64,000 nucleotides of DNA from an uncultured Hormoscilla sp. GTDB taxonomy: Bacteria; Cyanobacteriota; Cyanobacteriia; Cyanobacteriales; Desertifilaceae. This document shows positions 51,402 through 63,431 of the stretch, in pieces. Position numbers and translations under genes: made by a program. Position 1 is the stretch's first letter. Each line of letters begins with the position of its first letter. Under the pieces are notes generated by a model, which was not told the origin of the DNA, ran no database searches, and was given only the letters and a program-made list of their open reading frames with translations. The stretch lies in contig OZ001293.3 in the NCBI GenBank assembly GCA_963921275.4, positions 160,001 to 224,000 on the forward strand. The letters run 5' to 3'.

Positions 51402-51769
51402 TAATGGGCGATCGCTAATCGGCTCGAAAGGCGTTTGTCAATAGTTAGATTTTAGAAGCGATCGCCAGTGGTCTTGCGCCCGTTGGTAAGAGGATCCCCC
51501 TAACCCATCTTCTGGGGTGCTTTAACGCTGGGAAAGCGATTGCGCTTGACAGCAAATTTTACCTTTTCGATGCAACCTGCGATCGGGACGTTATAGTTCA
51601 TCTAGAGCAAAGCTACTATCGATCGTAGTACAGTAGAATATCCGCCCCAAAGCAAGTTTGTGTCACAATGAGCGTCATAACTCATACAATTCATCCCTTG
51701 AGGCAGAGCCTCTAGATGCGCGTTCCCTGCCAGAGTCAGGGAACGAGAAGAATTACTCTGAAGCATTCT

Positions 51770-52090
51770 TCATCGCCGATATTCATCTCCGCAGTCACCG
51801 ATCGACTGATACAAGTCCCGTGACTTGCCAACAACAGCCGATATCTGCTCATAATCAGAACTATCCAGCTGCAGATCGAATACCTTGGCATTCTCCTGAA
51901 TATGTGCTGATATTCCTAACCGCGCACCCACGATCGCCCCTGCCACCGCCGGTTGTTTCAAGACATAGCGCACTGCCACATTAGAGATACTAACTCCATG
52001 TTTGCTAGCAATTTGCCCAAGAGTAGCAAGCAGTTCCTGAAACAGGTTCCAGTCACCCCAAACATCAACTATGATCTTATATTTCCGCGG
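51770..52090 (-). pseudogene. Aldo/keto reductase, C-terminal part
   Basis: RKYKIIVDVWGDWNLFQELL...NVAVRYVL...IVGARLG...GDCGDEYR. Confidence 0.8.
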
Positions 52091-52289
52091 CCCTGGTAAA
52101 TGAACCTTTTTGTGCGATCGGAGGTAGCTAAACAGCTTGCAGAGATTAAACTAGATCAAGCCTTTGATAGTTTAATGCCAGGGTTGCAAGATGGGGATGC
52201 CCGGGTGCGGCGGGCCGTGGTAGAAGCTTTGGCGAAAATCAATAGTTACGCAGGGTAATTGCGTTTTGATTGTGTGTTGTAATAATTGT

Positions 52290-52879
52290 CTTGTGGCTAA
52301 AAATTGAAATATAAGTCTTAACTTTATGCCGAGCCAATTTTGAGGTAAATGAAACTGTTTCTCAATGCTCGACAAGTGAGGAAATAATTTGGAACATGTC
52401 CCATGTCAGAAAAATTACCGAGGATTCAAAGCTAAAGAACCTTGGGACATTTTAACAAATTTACCTAGGGATGGCAAGCTTATCAAAAACGGTTTGAGCT
52501 TGAGGAAATGTTTCGAGATTTCCAATCAGGTGGCTAGAATCTTGAAGGGTCAAGACTGGGAGCATGCATAGCTTATCTTACTGATGATTATTGTGGCTAT
52601 TGCCTAGGGTAACTCGACAAGGGCAAAAAATAAAGCGAATGGGGATTCAAAAATAGCGGTAGCGTGTTGCCCGTCCTGAGATTAAAGGGAAATCTCAAGG
52701 CAGACATAGCTCTTTTTATGTTGGTCAGCATCTGCAGGCTAAAACGGAGAGCAATTGTGCTCAAAAACTGTGAAGGAACTTTGGCAAATTAACCGCCGTT
52801 TCATCAAGGATTATAAAAAAGGACAGCGTGCCATAGAGCTTGCCCTATCTACGTTCTAACCCGCCTTGTCCCCCTATCA
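52290..52879 (+). mobile_element. Degraded IS4-like transposase 3' part and right end
   Basis: KNYRGFKAKEPWDILTNL, EEMFRDF..GG, RHSSFYVG with many stops; end CTTGTCCCCCTATCAG. Confidence 0.65.
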
Positions 52880-53263
52880 GGCGACTAGCACCATTTCGTC
52901 GATGAACTGGAGCAGCTTTTGGGTGCGGTGGTGAGCTTCTTGGAGAAATTCCCGCTCTTCTTCCTTTGAGTCGCATAAACCTTCTCTAATCATCTGGTGT
53001 ATGCCGATGATCCCATTAATGGGCGATCGCAGTTCGTGGGACACCCGGGCCAAAAACCCTTCCTTAAACTTGCTCATCTCTGACGCCATCTGGTAAGCTA
53101 ACTGCATCTGCTGGAGTTTCTCTTGACAAGCTTTGATCTCCGACCCGTCTCCTTCTGAAGCTTTTGAGTTCTCCAACCGGCTGCTGAAGGTCTGCCATAG
53201 ACTCCTACTTGCTACGCCGATGCCCAGTCCCGCCAGTAAATAAACCAAGTTGCTCGGGCCCAT
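52877..53263 (-). pseudogene. Histidine kinase (HisKA) N-terminal part, truncated by the IS
   Basis: FLARVSHELRSPINGIIG; no HATPase domain. Confidence 0.75.
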
Positions 53264-53305
53264 AAGAGTTTTTCTTTGCTAATTGCTTATTGCTCATTGT
53301 AGGGA

Positions 53306-53896
53306 TTAGCTTTGAAATTTAACCGCTCCCTGTCGCAGGATTTCCCACTCCTTAGAAGTCCATTTTGCCACAGTGGTGGGGACTCCGCTTGCTGGTGGCA
53401 CAGTTTGCCGATCGCAAGGGGATAGAGTCAGCACTTCGGGAAACTCTGCTGCTATTTCCGCCATTGACAGCAGAGGCGGTCTTCCCGACCGGTTAGCACT
53501 GGTAGTTGCCAGAGGGCCTGTTTGGGCCAGGATTTGCCGGGCGATCAGATGGTTGGGGATCCTCAGTCCGATGGTAGTCGGGTCTTGCGGGTTCATGGCC
53601 CTGGGTACCCGATCGGACGCTGGTAACACCAATGTTAAAGCACCGGGCCAGTATTTGTCAGCCACTTGCTGCCAAAGGGCCATCTCTTCTGGCGTTCCTT
53701 GACAGAATGAAAGTAACGTGTTAATAGTATCTCCCATAAGAATCAGGGGTTTATCTTGAGGACGCTGCTTGGCGATGAAGATTAATTCACTCCGGTCGGG
53801 TCTGGTTGCTAGTGCTGGGACAGTATCCGTAGGGAAGCTAACTATCGAACCAGATATTGCTCCGGCTACGAGGGCCTCTAGAGAAACTTGAGTCAT
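53306..53896 (-). CDS. tsaC: Threonylcarbamoyl-AMP synthase (Sua5/YrdC)
   Basis: FPTDTV, KQRPQDKPL, WPGALT, TTSANRSG, ILRQG. Confidence 0.9.
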   Translation of the reverse strand: MTQVSLEALVAGAISGSIVSFPTDTVPALATRPDRSELIFIAKQRPQDKPLILMGDTINTLLSFCQGTPEEMALWQQVADKYWPGALTLVLPASDRVPRAMNPQDPTTIGLRIPNHLIARQILAQTGPLATTSANRSGRPPLLSMAEIAAEFPEVLTLSPCDRQTVPPASGVPTTVAKWTSKEWEILRQGAVKFQS

Positions 53897-54181
53897 GGAA
53901 AGCTAATGGCTAATCGCTAATTGCTAATTGTATGGTATATACAACTACTGGAGCGTAACCCGCAAACCTTCTCGGTAGATGCAGCTATTAAGCGCGATCG
54001 TCCCGTAAGGAAATATTCACCACATACATGTGAGGGGGTTATTGATGACGAAAGGAAGCATAGGGGGGAGATCGCCTTGAGCTTGGAGGCGATGTTACAA
54101 AATCTGTAATGTATTCTCCAAACCTTCGTAGATATCCACCTGCTTCAATTTCGGGCGCTGCACTCCGGAGTGCAAAGCCCG

Positions 54182-57100
54182 CTAATTATTCTGTTCAAGG
54201 CAGACTTTGAGTTTTTCTGCTATAATCTGAACGTGGGGGAGAGCATTCATGGTAATGTGGTTGCCACTGACTGGGTGGATCTCTATCCCGGAAGCAGCTA
54301 GCTCCATCCAGGCGTATTCTGGATGTACAGGGTCGTATTTTTCACGCCTGTCTTGGGCGCGAAAAAAGATAATTTTTCCAGGATATATACGTGGCGTGTA
54401 GTTCCACATCGCCTCCATATTTGCCTTGAAGACTCGAATTATTTGGCGAGTTGTCGGGATCTGGAAATCATTGGGCACCAGGTTGGCAATCTTTGCTTGC
54501 TCCAAAGCATATATTACTTGTTCTTCAGCATTGCCCTGCTGTCGGATGGAGTTGAGGGAAAGAAATTTTTTGTCTAACTCGAATAGGCTATCAAGAATAT
54601 AAGTGGCGATCGCTGTTTCATCTTCTAATTTCACGCCCATTTGACCGGAACCGGGGGTATCGATCATGGCAAGCACTGCTACCTTTTCACCTTCTGCGTG
54701 GAGTTGCTGTGCCATCTCGAAAGCGATCGTACCTCCAAAGGAAGCACTTCCGATAAAATATGCACCATTCGACTGAATGACGCGCATCGCTTTGATATAT
54801 TTAGCCGCCATCTCTTCAACCTTGGTAAGCAATTCGGTTTTTTCATCTAAATCTAGTGATTGGAATCCGTAAACTGGTCGCTCTGATTCTAAACAACTAA
54901 CTAAATCCCGATAGAAGTACACTTGTCCGCCAACGGGGTGGACTAAGAAAAGAGGCTGTTTGTTATTGCTTCCTACCTGAATTTTCACCAGAGAGGAGGG
55001 AAACTCCGTCGGCGGTTTGTCAGAAGCAGAGGATGAAGATGTCGGTGCAATCAATTCAACTAAACCGGCGATGGTGGGGTTATCTAGCAGGCTATTAACA
55101 GATAACCCCATTTGAAGATTTTCCTTTAAACCAGCAATTAGCTGAACTGCTAGTAGGGAGTCTCCCCCCAAATCAAATAAATCATCGTAAATGCCTACAT
55201 GCTCGATTACTAGTAATTTTTCCCAGCTCTCGGCAATCTGCCTTTCCAGCTCATTGCGGGGAGCTACATAAGCGTTACTCAGTTGCGGTCGTGGATGTAC
55301 TTGTTTCGGTAGATGTTCCTGTTCTGTTTCTTTCAAAGAACTCAGAAATGTGCTCATATTGTCCTGTTCTAGGCGAGACAGTAAATCTCGCGTCGATACA
55401 AGAACTTGAGGTAGTCCACTCCCGAGAATGCGGTCGAACACCTCTATGCCTTCTGTGGGTAATAATCCGAGATTATGGTCATGGGTAATACTCATAGTCT
55501 CTGCTCTTTGCTTGGCTGCTTCTGCTGCCATCCCAACTTTTTGCCAACCATCCCAGTTTATCGCTACAGTAAGCGTGCCATCTTTTGCGCTTTTATACTG
55601 AGCGAAAGCGTCCATAAAGGCATTGGCCTCGCAGTAGTCTATCTGCCCAAATACACCCATCATCGAATTGATTGACGAACAGAGAACAAAGAAATCCAGT
55701 CGAACATCTTTGAAAATAGCGTCCAGAACCACTGTCCCCTTTACTTTAGGTTCTAGAATGCTTTCCGCTCTTTCCCGTGTTTTTCGAGCGAGCGCGCCTC
55801 CACCAGGAACCCCAGCGGCATGGATTACACCATTAATTGAGCCAAATCGCTCCCTTGACTGAGTTATAGCAGCTTGCATTTGTTCTGGGTTGATAACATC
55901 GGCACTGACAACTAAAACCTCGGCACCAAGAGCCTCTATATCCAGTAATTTCCGAATTTTTATACTGGTGGCATCCCTTTCACCGCGAGTAGCCAGCCAT
56001 TTTTCCCACTCGTCTCGTGGGGGAAATTGAGATCGCCCTGTGAGGAGCAGTTTGGCTTGTACGGCCTTTGCCAAATGTTCAGCTAGAGTAAGACCAATGC
56101 CTCCGAGTCCACCTGTAATTAGATAAACTCCCTGTGGTTTTAATCGTGTGGAGTTCCAGGGTCCGGAAGCACCACGTCAATACTCCTACAGATTATGTTA
56201 GGGTATTCTTGTCCAATGACTCTAATTGGTCCTGTCACGGTTGCTTGCTCTGGGTGTAACAAGGCTTCCTCGCCTATTTTCTGCATATTGTTGGTTACTA
56301 CCCCGAGCAGCAATTCATTGGTAAGAAGTTGTTTTCCCAGTGCCTTTGCTAGGAATAACAGGCTGTAGAAACCCAGATTTTGTGACTTTTCCACCCACTC
56401 AATTTCTAATTTTGCCTTACTGTTGGCCGCTACACTCCATAAATGAAGGATGGTTTTTGGGAGCTGGTTGCGATCGCGCAGTTCTTGGTATAAGGCGTGA
56501 TAGTCATCCTCTTGTTGGGGATTAAGGTTATAGAGGCGATCGCTTATTTTATTAAACTCCGTTCCTACTTTCACTGTAATAACATTTTGACCATCCCTTT
56601 CCAGTCTTTTTACTATTTTTTCACCCAAACCACACTCATCAGCAAACAGGAGATGGGTGGTAGATATGAGAGGTAAAGTCTCATTAATGTTAGAGCGTTT
56701 CCAGGATGGAATATAAAACCAGTCTGCCAGCTCTGGCTTTTTATTAAGTATGGATGGCTTGGGTTGAACGTTACCCTTTAGCACTCCCCCAGTAGTCGCA
56801 TTTCGATCTAAAATGCGACTGCTAACTTCCCCCGACCGCAACTGTTTGGTAATCCAGTAACTCTGGCGTTCAAAGGGATAAGTAGGTAAGGGAATGCGGT
56901 AACATTGTTGATGGCTGTAAAATCCAGACCAATCTACCCGTACCCCAGCTAACCAAAGTTGACCCAATGTATTGAGTACGAAATCCATATCCGATCTCTT
57001 TTCTTAGGGATGGCGTATCGAAGTTAGTACAATTTGCTCGTCGGCAAGGCCGGGATTCCGTTTAGCTAAAGTCCTCAATGTCCGTCCCGGTTCCACCTCC

Positions 57101-59585
57101 AACAAGATTTGCGAGCGATCGCGCCCAAAATGCTGTAGACCTTCAGCAAAGCGTACTGGTTGACGCAAATGCTTTGCCCAATAGTCAGGATCCGTTGCTT
57201 GCTCTACGGTAATCCAAGTGCCTGTAACATTGGAGATGTAGGGGATTTCTGGAGGGTTGAGGCTGACTTGTTTTACCGCGAGCGCGAAAGGCTCTATAAT
57301 AGGTGACATCATCTGAGAATGGAAGGCATGGGAAGTATGCAGGCGACGGCATTCTATGCTTTTTTGGGCTAGTTGCTTCTGTAATGCTTCTATATCTGCC
57401 GTGGGTCCGGAAACGACGTAATTAGAGGGTCCGTTGATCGCAGCTATTTCCAGAGAGGTTCCCAGTTGGGGTTGCATTTGAGCTTCCGGAAGGGGAACAG
57501 CAAGCATTGACCCAGTCGCCATTTGTTGCATCAATTTACCCCGCGCAGCTACTAGGGTTAAGGCATCTTCTAAGGAGAATACCCCTGCAACTGTTGCAGC
57601 AACGTACTCGCCGATGCTGTGACCGATCGCCCCGGACGGACGCACTCCCCAAGACATCCATAATTGCGCTAATGCGTACTCGATGACAAACAACGCTGGT
57701 TGGGCGATCGCCGTTTCTTGTATGGAAGCAGTTCCGACGGATGTCGTAATCTGGTAAGGACTAAAGTCCTTACTACGAACCTCTTTCCGGGGATAGAGTA
57801 TATTCCGCAGATCTAGCCCCAGGTGGGGTTGCAAAAGTTCGCAGCAGAGGTCAACCCAAGAGCGAAATGTCTCCGACATCTCGTAGAGTTCCCGCCCCAT
57901 ATTAACATACTGAGAGCCTTGCCCGGAGAACATAAAAACTACTGGTCTAGTTTTTGCCTCTGAGTAGTTGCTAAAAACCCGTGTCGGCTCTACATTGCTT
58001 AAAGGATTTACAGCATCCTCTATATCCGAACAAACCAGCATTCTACGATAATTGAAAGCCCTACGACCAATGCTTAGAGTATAAGTCACATCAGCGAGGT
58101 GTAGTTCGGGATGCTGTTTTAGGTGTTCCGCTAGATTTTCTGTCGCTTTTTCTAAAGCCGAAGGTGTTTTAGCAGAAAGTAGCAACAGTTCATTAGGCGG
58201 GTTTATTCCCTCTTCCCCTACTCTTTCCTCTGAAGTTAGGGCTACTCTTCCCCTATTAGCAAAGAGGGGTTGAGGGAAGGTTACTCCCTCCCACTCTTCC
58301 AAAACCACATGAGCATTTGTTCCCCCAATCCCAAAGGAACTAACCCCTGCTCGTCTGGGAGTGCCGTTAGTTTTCCATTCAGCCAGTTTAGTATTAACAT
58401 AAAAAGGACTGTTAGTCAAATCTATCTGGGGATTGGGTTTTTCAAAGTTGAGACTGGAGAGAATTAATTTATGCTTTAAAGCTAAAACTGTTTTGATTAA
58501 GCCTGCTACTCCGGCTGCTACATCCAAATGTCCCATATTTGTTTTTAAGGAACCGATGGCACAGAAGCCTTTTTTCTTGGTGGCAAATGCTTCTTTTAAA
58601 GCCGCAATTTCAATAGGGTCTCCCATAACTGTTCCCGTGCCGTGAGTTTCTACATAGGTGATGGTTTCCGGTTCGATTTCAGCTATTCCCTGAGCTTGTT
58701 TAATTACTGCTGCTTGACCCTCAACACTGGGGGCCGTGTAACCAACTTTGACAGCACCGTCATTATTAATGGCTGACCCTCTAATGATAGCAATGATGTT
58801 GTCTCCATCTGCGATCGCCTCCTCTAACCCCTTTAGCACAACAATTCCTACCCCGTTACCTCCCACAGTTCCCTTGGCGTTTGCATCAAAGGCGCGGCAG
58901 TGTCCATCGGGGGACATTATCATGCCTTCTTGATACAAATAGCCTACTTTTTAGGGAACTCTAATGGATACTCCTCCTACTAAAGCCATGTTGCATTCAC
59001 CATTAATTAAGCTTTGACAGGCTAAATGTACTGCTACTAATGAAGTAGAGCAGGCGGTTTGTACGTTTACACTCGGTCCTGTTAGGTTTAGTTTATAGGA
59101 AATCCGTGTAGACAAAAAATCCTTATCATTGCCGATCATCACCTGATAAGATGATCCTGAGTCTATTGGATAAAGATTGTTTAGCAGGTAAGTATTTATG
59201 CCTACGTAAACTCCAATGGAACCGGGGTACGTTTCCGGGTCATAACCTGCGTTTTCCAGTGCCAACCAAGCACATTCCAAAAAGAGGCGATGTTGCGGAT
59301 CTGTAAGCTCAGCTTCTTTGGGACTAAAGTCGAAGAAATTGGCATCAAATAGTTCTATATCTGAGAGGATAGCATTGGCTTTTACATAGTTCCGTTTACT
59401 CAATACTGCCGGCTCTATACCTTCTGAAAGCAGTTCTTCATCATCAAACCGTGCAATTTCTTCTCTCCCATCTCGGATATTTTGCCATAATTTATCGATA
59501 TTTTTCGCCCCGGGAAAACGACCGGACATTCCGATTATTGCTATAGCTGATCATCTATTGCCAATTCTTGTTCTGATTTGTTCAT
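54182..59585 (-). pseudogene. Type I PKS KS-AT-KR-ACP-TE, broken near 59545, 58950, 57003 and 56140
   Basis: DPQHR, VQTACSTS, HGTGT, NMGHL; AT GHSIG/HAFHS (malonyl type); KR HAAG; ACP GGDSL; TE ASFGG. Confidence 0.9.
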
Positions 59586-59592
59586 TGCGCTT

Positions 59593-60238
59593 TCATTCTC
59601 GTTTTTTGCTTAGCAGAGCGGAGCCTGGCTTAGCTCTTGCACAGAACCCCACCCGACTGTTTAAATATACTCTTTTCGCCGTTGTTTTTCCCATTACGGA
59701 AGCTTGGCGTTCCTTGCGAATCCGAATAATGTCATTAGTTTTTTCTGATTGCGAACTTACTTTCTGGCGCTCCTGTTGTAAATGTTCTGCTAAAGCCTGT
59801 ATGGTTGGATATTTAAACATTTCCACCATTGACAACTCTTGCTGTAAAATGCTTTGTAATTTTTCCCTTACTTGAACTATAAGTAATGAATGACCTCCCA
59901 AATCGAAGAAGTTGTCTTTTCTGCCCACATTGTCTAATTTTAACACATCCTGCCAAACCGCAGCAATAAGTTTCTCAGATTCTATCTGAGGCATTACATA
60001 AGTCCCTGCCAATTCTGGGCGCAGACTTGCTGGTGCTGGCAAGGCCCGGCGATCGATCTTGCCGTTGGGCGTCAGGGGCATTGCTCCTAATGAGACAAAG
60101 GCTGCTGGCACCATGTACTCTGGTAGCTTGGCTTTCAGGAAGTCCCGCAACTCACTCACCGTGGGTGGTTCTCTGTTGGCAACTACATAGGCTACCAGGC
60201 GCTTGTCACCTGGCAGATCTTCTCGGGCGATGACTACT
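59593..60238 (-). pseudogene. NRPS fragment: A-domain C-terminus + PCP
   Basis: VVIAREDLPGDKRLVAYVV, LPEYMVP, NGKIDR, FFDLGGHSLL. Confidence 0.9.
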
Positions 60239-60924
60239 ATTAGGGATCGAGCTGGGAATCACTTCCCAACCCTCCCGTTCGGAACCGGACTTGCGACTTT
60301 CACCGCATCCGGCTACTGGGTAGTAGGCCCAAGTCAATGGTAGAATTACTAGGGATTACTCCCGTTGTCCCTTGTCTTATGAGATTTCGCACCTTTTTGG
60401 TTAGTCTGTGGACTAAATAATCCCTAACGCCGGAAGCTTCGTGGAGGGTAACAGGACAGAAACCTTTGATCCACTCTTTTCTAACGGTTGCCCGTATCTC
60501 TGGGGCTTCCTGTTTTTACCGGTTAGGCGTTTATTCTACATTACTCCCTAGTTCTTACGAACCGGTTTAGCACGTATACAGTACTACTCTCTCCCAAGAC
60601 TTCCTACTATCACCCACCCTCACCGCACGTCCGCGTATCCTGGGTATTACCCCAGGCATTTGCCTCTTGGGGGCAGGCTTGGGCTCCCACTCGCGGCTTG
60701 CGCTTCACATCTGACTGGTCCTGACGGACAGCTCGCGAGGGGTTACTTCGTTCCCTGGTATCATTTCACGATTTCGATGTCTTCCGGACGCACGGCGAAA
60801 ACCCGGGAGACATCGCCTTTAGGTTCCTACTATACCCCGGTAGTTGTTTTGAGTACGATGTTAGCCAAAAAGCACAACTAACACTAACCACAGAGACTTT
60901 TGTCTCCGGCGCATAAAGCCTTAT
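60239..60924 (-). mobile_element. ORF-less group II intron, 5'-truncated
   Basis: Domain V AGCCGGATGCGGTGAAAGTCGCAAGTCCGGTT, domain VI ending CCCTAAT; domain I-III segments homologous to the 61734-62667 intron. Confidence 0.88.
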
Positions 60925-63431
60925 GCAGTTCTGAGCAGCAACACCGCATATACTTGTAATTCGTACTCTGACCAAACAGCTTCCCGAATACTTTCGACCA
61001 CTGCCGAGACATCCAGACCTTTGAGCGCCTGACGTTCTACCTCCGCCGCTACTACTACCCTTTCTTTGCCATCCACATCCACGGAGAAGGCCGTGCTACA
61101 AGTAGGTCTGAGGGATGGATGACTCTGTTCTACTGTCTGTTCTATATCCTGGGGATAATAATTCCGTCCTCGGATGACAATCAAATCCTTGAGCCGTCCG
61201 GTGACAAACAACTCCCCATCCTGCATAAATCCCAAATCCCCCGCAAAAACGGCCCTTCTCCTGTGTCTGCTAGGTATGCCTTGAATGTTTCTTCTGTCCC
61301 TTCCGGTTTCCTCCAGTATCCCATAGCTACACTAGAACCAGATACCCAAATCTCTCCTACTTGGCTAGAAGAACATTTTGTTAAAGATTCTGGCTCGACA
61401 ATTATGATTTTCCCATCTAACCAGGCCCGACCACAGCTAACAATTTCTCTGTTGTCCCTTTTTTCCCCATTGCTTGTGACTACCCGGTTTTGCTCTAGGG
61501 CCTCCCCGGAAACCTGTAAAATAACGGGAGGTTCGCTCTTTACTGCTCCTGATACGAACAAAGTCGCCTCCGCCATCCCGTAGCAGGGATAAAATGCCTC
61601 CTTCCGAAAGCCACAGTCGGCAAAAGCACTACTAAACCGCTCCAGGGTGGAACTCCGGACTGGTTCAGCCCCATTGAAAGCTACCTCCCAACTGCTCAAG
61701 TCCAGAGTTGCTTTTTCTTCAGGAATTATCTTGGTCGGGGTCGAGCTGGGAATCACTCCCCAACCCTCCAAGAGGGGAACCGGACTTGCGACTTTCACCG
61801 CTGGGGCTTGTCCTTAGGCATATCATCATCAATAATTAGGTTACCCCGTATTCCCCTTACCCTCTGTAATTTTACCCCTTATGGTCAATCCTATTGGACC
61901 GTTAATGATTTCAGCTCCGGAAGGTATGCGCTGCGCGCACGCTGCGCGATCGCGGAGGGTAGTTCAGCAAACCATTCTAGCCGCTCTTCTCTAACATTTC
62001 CCCATTCTGGCAATTTATCGGGGCTCTGAACTTTACCCGGCTGAGACTCTAGTCCATATTCATACTTTTGGATTTCTCCTAAGTTTTGCGACGTGTTAGG
62101 GCTACTTTCACCAAAGGCTTCTTACCATATCCGTCCTACGTCTGCATATCCCAGGCATTACCCCAGGCGTTGGCTTCTTAGAACATCCTTCCTCTTCGCG
62201 GCTTGCGCTTTACATCTAACTGGTCCAAATGGGGACAGCTCACGTGAGGTTACTTCGTTCCCTGGTATCATTTCTCGATGCTTTTAGGTTCCTGCTATAC
62301 CCCGGGAGTTCTTCGAGTGCGATGCTGGTAAGCAAATACTACCAACACTAACTGCCATTTCCCTTTTGGGCCAGCGTATAAGCCTTATTCCGCTGGTTCT
62401 TATTAACGAGGCTTTCACAGGTTCGCTTGTTCTAACCATGAGCATCTAACAAGCGCGGTGTCACTAGCTTAGGCTGCTAGCTATCCTACATTTAAGTCCT
62501 AGCGGAGCACCACGGCGATGTGACTCCGCAGCACTAAGGACCGGTAGTACCCTCGACCCCCCACACCTGGGGAGAGGGAATTTAACCCCCATGATAACCA
62601 GAGTTATCCGGCAAATGAAACCAGACCAGACTTCACCGTCGCCAGTTTACGCCTGAACGAATCGCACATTTACACATAAGTCATAGGCGAAAGAAGGTCC
62701 GTCCCCCGCTGGTTGTCCCTTGGTAGCGAGCAATTGCCTGTAACCAGCGTATGGGCTTCTGGAGAAATGCCACTGGCAACATGAGAATGCAGGGAATCCC
62801 TAAATACAAGGGCTGTAACACATTTCCTATCAGTCCCATATCATGGAACAAGGGCAACCAACCGACACCAACCGTCTTGTCGCTATGTCCAAAGGCTAGC
62901 TTGAGCATTTCCAAATTATGCAGCAAATTCCCATGACTTACCATCACTCCTTTTGGCTTCCCTCACCACCTGGCAGTCCGAAGCTAAGTGGCTGCCGAGA
63001 ATATCTGTGGCGATAACTTTCAACCGGGCTAATTCGGGATTTTCCCCCAAGCGACTCTCGATGAGGCTCAACTGTGAAGATGTGGTCAGCGTCACTGTCG
63101 CTCCCGCATCCGATCCTATTGCCTGCAGTCTGGACGTTTTCTGATTCCGCTTGGGCGGATAAGCCGGAACTGCCACTACCCCTGCATACAAGCATCCGAA
63201 AAACCCCGCTATGAACTTCAGTCCCGACGGATACAGCAGTAACGCCCTGTCCCCAGGTTTACAGATTGACTGGAGGTAGGATGCAATGGTCCTGGCCCTA
63301 GAGTCCAATTCAAGATAACTCAATTTGTCGCTTTCTTTTTCCCCGTCCTGCAGCCATATATAAGCTGTGCTTTCTGGCTTTATGAGCGCTCTTCTAACCA
63401 GCAGTTCTACTAAATTCTCTTGCTTGCCCAT
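60921..63431 (-). pseudogene. Fatty acyl-AMP ligase (FAAL): intron-split, frameshifted, P-loop deleted, C-terminus lost
   Basis: YAGVVAVPAYPP, PKGVMVSH, WLPLFHDMGL, YPCYGMAE, GRLKDLIVIRGRNYYPQDIE. Confidence 0.9.
61734..62667 (-). mobile_element. ORF-less group II intron (~935 nt) within FAAL
   Basis: 5' GTGCGATTCG at 62667; damaged domain V; domain VI ending CCCCGAC; exons rejoin AYDLCVN|KIIPEEK. Confidence 0.9.
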
